A stretch of 64,000 nucleotides of DNA from an uncultured delta proteobacterium (GCA_963745025.1 CAVUWD010000011.1:96001-160000); one strand, 5' to 3'. Shown: positions 8,795 through 18,241, numbered from the stretch's first letter. Numbers and translations are program-made. The notes: a model not told the origin generated them from the sequence alone.

Positions 8795-9664
8795 CTATTC
8801 CTCCCCGCGCGGCGCGCGGTGTCCTTCGAGACCCCCGTTCATTTCCGAGAACATCACCTCACCGAGCGACGCTTTGCGATAGCCGACGGGCGGCTTGAAC
8901 TCGGCTTCGGGGATGTCCCCCTTCTCGATCGTCTCAATCTCGGTTTTGGTCAGCGCCTGGCCTCCGGAATGAGACACGGCCTTCAGCGGCCACCCCTGCG
9001 GATAGAGCATCTGATAGATCTTCCCCTCGTCGACGCCCTTGGTGTGCGCGTCCGGATCGCTCGACTGCGCGCACGCCGAGACCCGGCTCATCAGCGCGGA
9101 GGCCTTATCGAGCGCAAACTCTCGGGCGAGGGCGGGATCGGTGGTCAGCCAGTCCTCTTCGTAGAGCTTGCCGTCGACGAGCACTCGATACTTGCGCGTC
9201 GGTTGCCCGGCGATGGCCGCGGTGTCGTCGGTACGCTCCAACTTGATCACGCCTGGCCCGGGCGCTTCCTTCTCCGCCTCCGCCGCTCGCTTCGCCGCCA
9301 GGGTCTTGCGCAGCTCCTCCACCTTGGCGCGCTGATCGGGGGGAAGCTTCGAGAGCTGAGCCTCCATCTGCTGTTCCATGGACTTGGCAATCGATTTTGC
9401 GGTCTCGCGGATCGTGGTGCAAAGCTCCTCGATCGTGCCCTCCCAGTAGACCCTGTGGTCGGGATTGGACATCCACGCTCGCGCGGTGGCGAGATCGAAG
9501 ACCGACTGTGGCCCCTCGCCCGCGAGTTCCTTGACCTTGCCCTTCGAGACCAGAGTACGACCGCCCTCCTTGTCGGTGAGCACGAAGCCCGCCTCGACCG
9601 TAGAGCTGGCGAGCGCCGTCCCGAGCACCACGAGACCCACGACACCACCGATCGGAAGCTTCAT
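8795..9664 (-). CDS. Exported DUF4412-like protein
   Basis: Signal peptide MKLPIGGVVGLVVLGTALASSTVEA; IAGQPTRKYRV, GWPLK and IPEAEFKPPVGYRK are typical of this family. Confidence 0.65.
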   Translation of the reverse strand: MKLPIGGVVGLVVLGTALASSTVEAGFVLTDKEGGRTLVSKGKVKELAGEGPQSVFDLATARAWMSNPDHRVYWEGTIEELCTTIRETAKSIAKSMEQQMEAQLSKLPPDQRAKVEELRKTLAAKRAAEAEKEAPGPGVIKLERTDDTAAIAGQPTRKYRVLVDGKLYEEDWLTTDPALAREFALDKASALMSRVSACAQSSDPDAHTKGVDEGKIYQMLYPQGWPLKAVSHSGGQALTKTEIETIEKGDIPEAEFKPPVGYRKASLGEVMFSEMNGGLEGHRAPRGEE

Positions 9665-9810
9665 CGTCGTCTCCTCACCACGGTTCCCTTTGCACCGAGC
9701 CACCGGCCTTTAGCATGCCTGCGACGAGAACCAATTGCAGCGGCCGACCTCCGCTGGCGCCCCTGCCGGGCTCGGCTCCCGCATCACCCGCGTCGGCGCG
9801 GCGGCCGCGC

Positions 9811-10674
9811 TCACGAGCGCATCGGCGGACGCTCGGCGAGCACGGCCTCGATCTTCTTACGCAGACGGCGCAGGGTGCGCTCAAGCCGCGCACGCGGCTC
9901 ATCGGTGATCCGCTCGGGGAGCGCGGCGAGCTTGCGGCCGAGCCGACGCGCGGCATTGATCGCCTGCCGGACCTCCGGCTCGGCCGCCGTTTTGGAGGTC
10001 AGCTCCTCGCGGAAGCCCTTCACGGACAGCCGTGCGAGCTTTGCCCGCCGCCAGAGCTCGAGCATGGCCTGCTCGTCCTTCTGCCGGGCTACGCCGATGA
10101 GAATGTCGCGCGAGATCGTCGGGTCGGCGCTGTACTCGTCCTGGATCACCTGTGGCAGCCGGGTGAGCGCCAGCGTGTTGCTCACGTGAGGCCGGCTCTT
10201 GTGAATGAGATCGGCGACCTCGGCATGGGTATAGCCCTGCGCGCCGATCAGCGCGGCGATGCCGAGCGCTTCTTCGAGCGGGGTCAAGTCTTCGCGCTGC
10301 AGGTTCTCGATCATGGCGATCTCGAGCGGATGATCGTCGCGGACGAGCGCCGGGATCGCCGTGAGACCCGCCATTCTCGCGGCGCGATATCGCCGCTCTC
10401 CGGCGAGCAACAGGTAGCGTCCATCGCTCTCCCGCTTGACGATCACCGGCTGCAACAGCCCGCGCACGCGAATCGACTCCGCGAGCTCCGCCAGGCTCTG
10501 CTCGTCGAAATAGCGTCGCGGTTGCTCGGGATTGGGACGGATCTGGTCCAGCGACAGCGCCGTGACGATCGTTCGGCGGCCCTTTGAGACCGATCCGGCT
10601 GCCATCAGCCGAACACGACCCTCGTCGGCCGCGGTCGGGATCGGTTCTCTGGTCTCCATCTTGGGCGGGTGCAT
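9811..10674 (-). CDS. ParB/RepB/Spo0J family protein (orphan, no adjacent parA)
   Basis: IRPNPEQPRRYF, GLLQPVIV, LLAGERRYRAA, IENLQREDL and an HTH region. Start uncertain (10674, 10659 or about 10605). Confidence 0.92.
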   Translation of the reverse strand: MHPPKMETREPIPTAADEGRVRLMAAGSVSKGRRTIVTALSLDQIRPNPEQPRRYFDEQSLAELAESIRVRGLLQPVIVKRESDGRYLLLAGERRYRAARMAGLTAIPALVRDDHPLEIAMIENLQREDLTPLEEALGIAALIGAQGYTHAEVADLIHKSRPHVSNTLALTRLPQVIQDEYSADPTISRDILIGVARQKDEQAMLELWRRAKLARLSVKGFREELTSKTAAEPEVRQAINAARRLGRKLAALPERITDEPRARLERTLRRLRKKIEAVLAERPPMRS

Positions 10675-10710
10675 ATTAAAACGCGCTGCGGCTGAATCAC
10701 AAACGCTTTG

Positions 10711-10816
10711 TCGGGGACGTTCTTGACCTTCGTAACCTTCAGCGCGTTCCTCGCGCTAAGAAATCCTGTAAGCAGACAGGCGCGACGAAGGTTACGAAGG
10801 TCAAGAACGTCCCCGA
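10711..10816. repeat. Perfect 30-bp inverted repeat with 46-nt spacer
   Basis: TCGGGGACGTTCTTGACCTTCGTAACCTTC (10711-10740) is the exact reverse complement of 10787-10816. Confidence 0.95.
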
Positions 10817-10878
10817 TCGACCGGAGCCTTGTTTTCCCTGCCCACGACCGGTAGCAAAGAATCGCGGGGTTGAGAAAG

Positions 10879-11895
10879 ATGAGGCGCAGAGTGGGGGTCA
10901 TCGCGGCGGTCGCTTTGGCCCTGGCGATCGGCAATGCGCGAGGCTGGGACGAGAGGGACTTTCCACCCCGGCCGGTCGTGGGCTACATGTTCGCGCTCAC
11001 TGGACGTGACACGAGCACGGTGATCGGCGAGCCCCGAAGCTATACCTTCGCCAAGGGAGATACGCTTTACGACGTCGCACGACACCTCGGGCTCGGCATC
11101 AACGAGGTCACCGATGTCCATCCCGATCTCGATGTCTGGCTGCCGCCGGAGGGGGAGCGCGTGGCGTTCCCGACGTGGTGGGTGCTGCCGGAAAGCGACT
11201 ATCAAGGAATCGTCGTCAACATTCCCGAGATGCGGCTCTACTACTTCCCGCCGAACGGAAAGGACAGCGTCCGGACCGTGATCACCTACCCCGTGGGCCT
11301 GGGACGCGACGAGTGGCGGACGCCGACCGGCCGATTCAAGGTGACCGAGAAGACCGTCGATCCCAAATGGGTGATCCCCTCGAGCATCCGTGAGGAGCAC
11401 ATGCGAGAGCGCGGGGATCCCCGGCAGTTCATCGCGGGCGGCGATCCCGACAACCCGCTCGGCCATTACCGGATCCGCTTGTCGCTCCCGCTATACGGCA
11501 TCCACGGCACGAACATCCCGTGGGGAGTCGGCATGGAAGTCAGTCACGGCTGCATCCGGCTCTATCCGGAGGACATCCAGCGGTTGTTTGCGGTCATCCC
11601 GATCGGCACGCCCGGTGAGATCGTCTACGAGCCGGTCAAGATCGGCTCGCGCGACGGCGACGTCTACGTCGAAGTCCATCGCGACATCTACGATACAGGG
11701 TTCGACTATGGCGCGACGGCCAAAGAGCTGCTGCGCTCCAAGAGCTGGGCAAATCTCGTGGATCGGGAAAAGCTATTCGATGCTCTGCATCAGAAGAGCG
11801 GCCTGCCGACCCGCATCTCCGACGGTCAGCCGCTACGGCCGCGCACCGCGGAAGAAGCGCAGCATCGCGGCGCGCTCGGCGTACCGCGGTCTTGA
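10879..11895 (+). CDS. L,D-transpeptidase (ErfK/YbiS/YcfS/YnhG family) with LysM-like domain
   Basis: Signal peptide, KGDTLYDVARH, IVVNIPEMRLYYF, YPVGLGR, NPLG, YGIHGT...SHGCIRL catalytic motif. Confidence 0.92.
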   Translation: MRRRVGVIAAVALALAIGNARGWDERDFPPRPVVGYMFALTGRDTSTVIGEPRSYTFAKGDTLYDVARHLGLGINEVTDVHPDLDVWLPPEGERVAFPTWWVLPESDYQGIVVNIPEMRLYYFPPNGKDSVRTVITYPVGLGRDEWRTPTGRFKVTEKTVDPKWVIPSSIREEHMRERGDPRQFIAGGDPDNPLGHYRIRLSLPLYGIHGTNIPWGVGMEVSHGCIRLYPEDIQRLFAVIPIGTPGEIVYEPVKIGSRDGDVYVEVHRDIYDTGFDYGATAKELLRSKSWANLVDREKLFDALHQKSGLPTRISDGQPLRPRTAEEAQHRGALGVPRS

Positions 11896-11930
11896 GTGAG
11901 CTCCGCGAGCGCCTTAGAGTGACCTGATTC

Positions 11931-13004
11931 ATGGCTGCCAAGAAGAAGATCTCGCTGGTCGGAGCGACCGGCATCGCCGGGCAGCAGTTCGTCGCCGCAC
12001 TAGCCGATCATCCCTGGTTCCAGATCACCCGGATGGTCGGCTCGGAGCGCTCCGCCAGGAAGCGCTACGGCGACGCCCTACGTGACGCGAAGACCGGCGC
12101 GCGACGCTGGTGGTGCGACGTCGAGCCGCCGCCTTCGGTTCTCGACATCGAGGTCGAGGACAGCGCCACGTTCCAGCCCGACGGCGTCGATCTCGTCTTC
12201 TCGGCCGTCGAAGCGGATGTCGCGCGGGAGCTCGAGCCGCGCTACGCGCGCACCACGCCCGTCGTCAGCACCGCTTCCGCGTTTCGCTACGAGGACGACG
12301 TGCCGATCATCGTTCCCGGCGTCAACTGGGATCATGCGCGGTTGCTCCCGCTGCAGCGCGAGCGCCGTGGCTGGCAGGGCTACATCGTGCCGATCCCGAA
12401 CTGCACGACGATCGGCCTGGTGCTCGCGCTCAAGCCGATCCGCGATGCTTTCGGCGCCCGCAAGGTCCTGCTCACATCGATGCAGGGAATCTCGGGGGCC
12501 GGACGCTCCCCGGGAGTCGTCGCGCTCGACATCGTCGACAACATAGTGCCCTTCATCCCAAAGGAAGAGGAAAAGGTGGCGCGCGAGACCCGCAAGATCT
12601 TCGCCACGCTCGGCGAGGGTGGGCTGCGCGAGCCCGACCTCGTGGTGAGCGCCACGTGTACGCGAGCGTCCGTCCTCGAGGGGCACACCGAATCCGTATC
12701 CGTCTCGACCGAGAAGGCTGCCGCGCCGGGCGAGATCGCCGCGGTGATGCGCGCGTTCGACGGCGGCGACTTACCCTCGGCCCCGAAGCGCTGGATCGTC
12801 GTACACGACGATCCCTTCCGGCCGCAGCCGCGCCTCGACCGTGACGCCGAGGGCGGGATGGCCACGTCGGTCGGACGCATCCGCCCCGATCCCGTGCTCG
12901 AGAACGGCGTCAAGTTCGTGCTCGTCTCTCACAACACGAAGATGGGGGCCGCAAAGGGTGCGGTGCTCGTCGCCGAGCACCTCTACCGGCAGGGGCTCGT
13001 CTAG
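11931..13004 (+). CDS. asd: Aspartate-semialdehyde dehydrogenase (archaeal/fungal-like subtype)
   Basis: VGATGIAGQQF, HPWF, SERSARKRY, PNCTT catalytic Cys, QGISGAG, GHTE, SHNTKMGAA. Confidence 0.92.
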   Translation: MAAKKKISLVGATGIAGQQFVAALADHPWFQITRMVGSERSARKRYGDALRDAKTGARRWWCDVEPPPSVLDIEVEDSATFQPDGVDLVFSAVEADVARELEPRYARTTPVVSTASAFRYEDDVPIIVPGVNWDHARLLPLQRERRGWQGYIVPIPNCTTIGLVLALKPIRDAFGARKVLLTSMQGISGAGRSPGVVALDIVDNIVPFIPKEEEKVARETRKIFATLGEGGLREPDLVVSATCTRASVLEGHTESVSVSTEKAAAPGEIAAVMRAFDGGDLPSAPKRWIVVHDDPFRPQPRLDRDAEGGMATSVGRIRPDPVLENGVKFVLVSHNTKMGAAKGAVLVAEHLYRQGLV

Positions 13005-13019
13005 GAGTCTGCGCCGCAG

Positions 13020-13038
13020 GTCGCTCCCGCTGGTCGCG
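13020..13038. repeat. 19-bp intergenic REP-like sequence (second identical copy at 53293-53311)
   Basis: GTCGCTCCCGCTGGTCGCG occurs identically in two intergenic regions. Confidence 0.6.
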
Positions 13039-13107
13039 GCTTGCTTCGGCGGGGATCCTACCGAGTTAGCGGCGGCCGTCGAGCGCGACGATCGGCGCGC
13101 CGTAGAG

Positions 13108-13776
13108 CTACTCGAGCGTCTTGCCGGCGAGATCGACGCGGGCGACCCGCGGCATCTGCCGCGCCGCTCTGGCCTCACCGTTGCGGTAGACCGCGTGGAA
13201 GAGCCGCACCCGCCGCACGTACTCCTGGGTCTCGGGGATGCGCGGAATGCCGCGCGCTTCGTCGACAGGCTTGGTGCCGGCATTGTACGCGGACAGCACC
13301 AGATCCAGGTTCCCGGCATAGCGATCCATCAAGTAGCGAAGATGCCGAACCCCGCCGTGAATGTTCTCGGTCGGATCGAAGGCGTTGCGCACCTCGTGCA
13401 TGCGAGCCGTGTCGGGCATGAGCTGCATGAGGCCCATCGCTCCCTTTGACGAGATCGCCAGGGGATCGAAGTTCGACTCGGCGCGGATCACCGCCTTCAC
13501 CAGCGACGCCTCGAGTGAGAACTCTTTTGCGGTCAGACGGACGGTTTCCTCGTATTTCGACGGGTCCCCTCCAACCGACGCGCGCAGCCCCATCGCGGAA
13601 CTGCCGTAGAACTCCCGGTGGCGCGAGATGATCTTGTAGCCGCTCCGCTCCCCGAGGTTGGTGATCAGCAAATGGCCGTTGAGGCCCTGCATGACGAGAA
13701 TCTCGCCGCGAGCTCGACTCACGCCGAGCAAGGCCACCACCGCGAGCACCGTGCGCACCCCTAGAGCAGCAGCCAT
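13108..13776 (-). CDS. Soluble lytic transglycosylase (SLT domain)
   Basis: LVKAVIRAESNF (catalytic Glu), GAMGLMQLMP, AYNAG, ETQEYV; signal peptide from ATG 13776. Confidence 0.92.
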   Translation of the reverse strand: MAAALGVRTVLAVVALLGVSRARGEILVMQGLNGHLLITNLGERSGYKIISRHREFYGSSAMGLRASVGGDPSKYEETVRLTAKEFSLEASLVKAVIRAESNFDPLAISSKGAMGLMQLMPDTARMHEVRNAFDPTENIHGGVRHLRYLMDRYAGNLDLVLSAYNAGTKPVDEARGIPRIPETQEYVRRVRLFHAVYRNGEARAARQMPRVARVDLAGKTLE

Positions 13777-13986
13777 GGGAGGTATGCCTAGCAATTCCCG
13801 GGCCCCGGCGCCGAGACGAAATAGGCCATGAAACTGGCAGATTCTGAGCCGTCGCAAAATTGCCAATGTACGAAGAGATGCACGGTTTTGTTTCAAGGCC
13901 GGTGCGCTCGGCAGTCGAAGAGAAGGTAGATCTCGTAGTCCATTTGCGGCTTGCGAGGCAAGCATTACTTGCATAGACAACGGAGA

Positions 13987-14319
13987 ATGCCGACCGCCGA
14001 AGAGCTTTACGACCGTGGCGTGGACCTGTTCGCCGAGGGCAAGTACGACGAGGCAATCGCCGCATACGGCGAAGCCCTCGGCATAGACCCGGGCTTCGTC
14101 GACGCGCTTCACGGTCTCGCCATGGCGCATGCCGAGAAGGGTGAGCTGGAGGCGGCGATTGCCGCTGCCAAGCGGATCACCGAGGCTTCGGCAGATGATC
14201 CGCTCGGTTACACGGGCCTGTCGATGCTCTATCAGCGCGCCGGCCGTATCGCCGAAGCGGAAGCCGCCGCCAACCAGGCCCGCGTGCTCGAGTGGAAACA
14301 ACAGCTCAAGAAGAGCTGA
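13987..14319 (+). CDS. Small tetratricopeptide-repeat protein
   Basis: YDRGVDLFAEGKYDEAIAAYGEALGIDP TPR pattern, about 3 repeats; GGAGA RBS before ATG 13987. Confidence 0.85.
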   Translation: MPTAEELYDRGVDLFAEGKYDEAIAAYGEALGIDPGFVDALHGLAMAHAEKGELEAAIAAAKRITEASADDPLGYTGLSMLYQRAGRIAEAEAAANQARVLEWKQQLKKS

Positions 14320-14908
14320 CGGCGCTGCCGCGGAAGCCGCGCGCGATCACGTAGAGCTCGGCCGACCCCTTGCGCGTGGCCTGCGAGCGGGTCGCGGATA
14401 CGTCGTCAAAGCGGCGACGAATCGCCGCGCGGACTTCGCCGTACTGCGAGTTCATGAAGACCTTGCAGACAAAATTGCCCCCGGCGCGGAGCATCCGATC
14501 GATCACGCAGAGCGCCAAACGGACGAGCTCGCTAGCGCGTGCCTCGTCGCGATCGCGGATACCGGAGAGCGCGGGCGACATGTCCGAAAGTACGACGTCG
14601 GCCGGACCCTCGAGGGCGCGACCAATGGCGTCGAGCGTCGCTTCGTCGGCAACGTCTCCCTGAAGGAGCCGTACGTTCGCGAGCCCGATCGGGTCGAGCT
14701 TGCGGAGATCGACGCCGACGACCCTCCCCTGCTCCCCAACGCGCCTTGCGGCAACCTGGAGCCAGCCCCCCGGCCAGCAGCCGAGGTCGAGCACTCGATC
14801 CCCAGCGCGCAGAAGCCGCCGATCGAGGTCCTCGAGCTTGAATGCCGCCCGGGAACGCAATCCCTCGGCCTTGGCCTTGCGGTAGAAGCGGTCCCTGCGC
14901 TCGTACAT
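14306..14908 (-). CDS. rlmE: 23S rRNA (U2552) 2'-O-methyltransferase RlmE/FtsJ
   Basis: RSRAAFKL, VLDLGCWPGGW, VVLSDMSP, FVCKVF, SAELY (K-D-K-E tetrad). Confidence 0.93.
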   Translation of the reverse strand: MYERRDRFYRKAKAEGLRSRAAFKLEDLDRRLLRAGDRVLDLGCWPGGWLQVAARRVGEQGRVVGVDLRKLDPIGLANVRLLQGDVADEATLDAIGRALEGPADVVLSDMSPALSGIRDRDEARASELVRLALCVIDRMLRAGGNFVCKVFMNSQYGEVRAAIRRRFDDVSATRSQATRKGSAELYVIARGFRGSAVSSS

Positions 14909-14968
14909 CGCAGCCGAATGCTAACGAAAACGCCGCTGCTTGGTAATGCCTCAGTCTTGGCCACACGC

Positions 14969-15011
14969 GCTGGAAGATCCAGCCACCGCGCGCAAGCGCG
15001 GAGAGCAATAG
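14969..15011 (+). repeat. Double-hairpin element, copy D (shortened first stem)
   Basis: GCTGGA-aga-TCCAGC, then CCGCGC-GCAA-GCGCGG and AGAGCAATAG, matching the 3' half of copies A and B. Confidence 0.6.
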
Positions 15012-15123
15012 ACCATCTCGTGGGTTATCGGCATCCGCGCTCCTCGTCGTTCCGAAGCATTCGAGGCGAAGACTGAAGCGTTACGCTGCTTGTCTTTTGC
15101 GACTGCCGCCGTACCATGGTCTC

Positions 15124-15870
15124 ATGGCCCGCCGTGACGAGGAGGAAGGCGGGGATTCGCCGCCCTTCAACGCGCCGTTTCGCGGCCTCGCGAAGCTCGT
15201 CGGCCCGCTGCCGAGTCCCGCACGGCCAGCGCCTTCGAAGCCGCGGCCGCCGGCGAAGCCCGTACGCGCCTCGCCGCCTTCCGCCGTCGACGATCTGGAT
15301 CTCTTCCAGGCGGCCGTACGCGGCATCATCCCGATTCCAGCGGACGAGCGCGGGCGCGTCGCTCCGGAACGGCCCGCGACCGCACCGAGCGCGGTGCAGC
15401 GCGAGGAGGACGGCGCGCTCGCGGAGCTCTCGGATCTCGTCGCCGGCGTCGCCGCGTTCGACATCAGTGACACCGAGGAGCACGTCGAGGGCATGGTCGT
15501 CGGTCTCGATCCGCGGACCCTCCGCCGGTTGCGCGCCGGGGAGCTCGCCTGCCAATCACATTTCGACCTGCACGGGATGACCGCGGAAGAAGCCAAAGCG
15601 GCAGTGCAGGAGTTCGTGTTTCGTTCGATGGTAGCCGGCCATCGCTGCGTGCTGCTGGTCCACGGGCGCGGTCGCAACTCGCCGGATCAGCGGCCCGTCC
15701 TCAAGGATCGCCTGAAGGATTGGCTCACCCACGGCGAGCTCGGCCGTCGGGTGCTTGCCTTCTCGACGGCACGTTCCTACGACGGCGGCAGCGGCGCGAT
15801 GTACGTGCTGCTTCGTCGTGAGCGACGCGGCAAGCGGCCGTTCCGCACGCTGGTCGGTGCAAAGTCGTAG
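15124..15870 (+). CDS. Smr/MutS2 domain protein
   Basis: FDLHGMTAEEA, LLVHGRGRNS, VLK, GGSGAMYVLL. Confidence 0.9.
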   Translation: MARRDEEEGGDSPPFNAPFRGLAKLVGPLPSPARPAPSKPRPPAKPVRASPPSAVDDLDLFQAAVRGIIPIPADERGRVAPERPATAPSAVQREEDGALAELSDLVAGVAAFDISDTEEHVEGMVVGLDPRTLRRLRAGELACQSHFDLHGMTAEEAKAAVQEFVFRSMVAGHRCVLLVHGRGRNSPDQRPVLKDRLKDWLTHGELGRRVLAFSTARSYDGGSGAMYVLLRRERRGKRPFRTLVGAKS

Positions 15871-15908
15871 CGGCAAGGGGAGGTGATCGGGTACTGTTTC
15901 ACAAATAC

Positions 15909-16280
15909 CTACGCCGGTGCCCCATACATCGCCTCACCCTCGACGACCGCGCCGGACTCGCCGAAGCGGAGGAGCTCGCACGCTCGGGTCTTCTTTCCGT
16001 TCACATCGGCGAGATAGAGAATCACCATCGTCTGCTGCTCGTCGTCCCACAACACGCGCTCGAGCGTGAAGCGAAGGCGATCAATCTGCGCGACCCGAGC
16101 CTGCCAATAGGCGCGGAGCTCCGCCCTTCCCTCCACCGTCCCGCGGCCGAAGACGGCGACCGCTCTGGGGCTCGTGAAACGCGCCGCCTCGTCGAAATGA
16201 GCGAGCACCGCCTCCAGGTCGCGGGCGTTCCAGGAATCGATCCAGTGCTTGGCGAACTCGGCCACGTCTTCGCGTCTCAT
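15909..16280 (-). CDS. SnoaL-like / NTF2 family protein
   Basis: FAKHWIDSWNARDLEAVLAHFDEAARFTSP...GRAELRAYW. Confidence 0.85.
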   Translation of the reverse strand: MRREDVAEFAKHWIDSWNARDLEAVLAHFDEAARFTSPRAVAVFGRGTVEGRAELRAYWQARVAQIDRLRFTLERVLWDDEQQTMVILYLADVNGKKTRACELLRFGESGAVVEGEAMYGAPA

Positions 16281-16362
16281 GGGATACTCCCATCGCGAAA
16301 TACGTGACCCACATGGCTCACGCAACGCTTGACAGCCCCTTTGCCCCGGGCAGATTGGAGCC

Positions 16363-16731
16363 ATGGATCGCCGCAAGTTCCGACGATTGATCGGGGAAGC
16401 GTTGGACACGCTACCGGGCGAGATCCGGGTGCGGATGGAAAACGTCACGGTGATCGTCGAAGAAGAACCGACCGAGGAGCAGATGCAATGCGCCGGTCTC
16501 GATCCCCTGCGGGATACGCTCTTCGGCTTCTACGAAGGCTCGCCGCTTTCGGAGCGCGGCCACGATTTCGGCATGGCGCTTCCCGACCGCATCATCCTGT
16601 TCTACCGGCCGCTGGTCGAAAGCTTCCGCAGCCCTGCCGCGATTCGCGAGGAGATTCGTCGTACGGTCGTCCACGAAGTCGCGCATTTTCTTGGACTCGA
16701 TGACGACGAAATCGAGGATCTCGGGTACTGA
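16363..16731 (+). CDS. Zincin-like minimal metallopeptidase (DUF1025-type)
   Basis: LFGFYEG, PDRIILFYRP, TVVHEVAHFLG (HExxH). Confidence 0.9.
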   Translation: MDRRKFRRLIGEALDTLPGEIRVRMENVTVIVEEEPTEEQMQCAGLDPLRDTLFGFYEGSPLSERGHDFGMALPDRIILFYRPLVESFRSPAAIREEIRRTVVHEVAHFLGLDDDEIEDLGY

Positions 16732-16829
16732 CGGCGCTCGCTCCATTGTTCCTGTAGACGAGCGGTCGTTCTTTAGCTACCGTTTCGGTAGCGCGAGACC
16801 GATCCGAACCCTCGAGAAAGATCCGACCC

Positions 16830-17198
16830 ATGCCTTCGCCGAGACCCGGTCAGAGCGCACGCGGCGCGCGAGCCGGGCGTCCGCTCACGTCGGCCCTCGA
16901 GCTTCTCGGTCGGCGGTGGATGCTCCGGGTGCTTTGGGAGCTCGGCGAGGAGGGCCTGACCTTCCGAGCCCTCCGCGCTCGGTGCGACGACATGTCACCG
17001 AGCGTCCTGAATCGCCGCATCCGCGAGCTCCGCCAGGCGGGGATCCTCGAGCCCCGGCCCGCTGACGGATACCACCTCACCCCAGAAGGCCGTTCGCTGT
17101 TGCCTGCCCTACGATCGATCGTCCAGTGGACGCAGCGCCGAGCGGCCCTCTCTCGACGGCTTCGTCGGGCGCGGACCCAATACCACCGCGCGCGATGA
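16830..17198 (+). CDS. HxlR-family winged-helix transcriptional regulator
   Basis: ALELLGRRWMLRVLWEL, TFRAL, SPSVLNRRIREL, YHLTPEGRSL. Confidence 0.88.
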   Translation: MPSPRPGQSARGARAGRPLTSALELLGRRWMLRVLWELGEEGLTFRALRARCDDMSPSVLNRRIRELRQAGILEPRPADGYHLTPEGRSLLPALRSIVQWTQRRAALSRRLRRARTQYHRAR

Positions 17199-18241
17199 TG
17201 AGCCCCGTCCGCCGCTCGCAGCGGGCCCTTCTCGTCGCCGTCGGCCTCTTCGCCGGGATCGCCGCCGGAGAACTCCTCTTCCGGGTCGTCCCCTTCGAGC
17301 GCGTGAAATACGAGATTCGCTACGGTCACTTCAGCGGAAACCAGGTCAGCCGCTTCCTCGAGTACGACCCGGTCCTCACGTTCCGCAACCGCAGCTCGGC
17401 ATCGTTTCCCGATGCGGGTGTCGAGATCAACTCGCTCGGCCTTCGTGGCCCCGAAATCCGGGACCCCAAGCCGCCCGGCCGCTGGCGCGTGGTCTGTCTC
17501 GGTGATTCCTGCACGTTCGGCGCGGCGCATCCCTATCCGCAGACCCTGCAATCGATGCTGGACGAGCGAGCGCCGGGAGCCTTCGAGATCGTGAACGCGG
17601 GGGTGATCGGCTACACCTCGCTCCATGGTCTGGAGTGGTTCGAGCGCGACCTCGCCCGTCTCCGTCCTGACGTCGTAACGCTCTACTTCGGATGGAACGA
17701 CATGTGGCGAGAAAAGGATTCCGCGGTGCGCGGGTGGTTCAAGAGTCGGATCGCCGGCGAGCATCGGCCGTGGTTTCGCAGCTACTTGTGGGAGGCCGTC
17801 CAGCGGAGCGTGGTCTTTCTCGCCAATACCTTCGGGTTGTCCGCGCTGCAGGTGCCTCCTGAACAGTACCGCGCCGTACTCGATCGTTTCGCGGCGCTCG
17901 GGCGTGAACAGGGGTTCACCGTGATCTACCTGACGGCTCCATCGGGATTCGACGACGACCACACGCCGCAGTGGCTGATCGACCACGGCTTCGTGGCGCG
18001 CGGCGACAGCGCGCCGGCGCTTCGCCGCGCCTACAACCAGATCGTCGCCGAGGCCGCGGCGCGCGAGAAGAGCCCGCTCGTCGACTGCGCCGCCGATTTC
18101 GACCGCTCCGGAGGTCGCACGCTCTTCGCAGACCCCGACCATGACCCGATTCACCCGAACGGCGAAGGCTATCGGCGAATCGCCGCGGCGCTCGCGGAAG
18201 AGCTGCTGCGCCTCAGGACCTCCCGCGCGGCTTCTGGATGA
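17195..18241 (+). CDS. Membrane-anchored SGNH/GDSL hydrolase
   Basis: N-terminal TM, INSLGLRG, LGDSCTFG (block I), VNAGVIGY, FGWND, DPIHPN; ATGA overlap with hxlR. Confidence 0.88.
   Translation: MMSPVRRSQRALLVAVGLFAGIAAGELLFRVVPFERVKYEIRYGHFSGNQVSRFLEYDPVLTFRNRSSASFPDAGVEINSLGLRGPEIRDPKPPGRWRVVCLGDSCTFGAAHPYPQTLQSMLDERAPGAFEIVNAGVIGYTSLHGLEWFERDLARLRPDVVTLYFGWNDMWREKDSAVRGWFKSRIAGEHRPWFRSYLWEAVQRSVVFLANTFGLSALQVPPEQYRAVLDRFAALGREQGFTVIYLTAPSGFDDDHTPQWLIDHGFVARGDSAPALRRAYNQIVAEAAAREKSPLVDCAADFDRSGGRTLFADPDHDPIHPNGEGYRRIAAALAEELLRLRTSRAASG

Noticed and set aside
13790-13805. GG-N10-GC (GGGCCCGGGAATTGCT) upstream of the slt gene
   Set aside because: Weak -24 match, and the implied TSS falls about 3 nt from the start codon; not supportable without data.
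15895-15907. TGTTTCAC, a parS half-site
   Set aside because: The second half of the palindrome (GTGAAACA) is absent.
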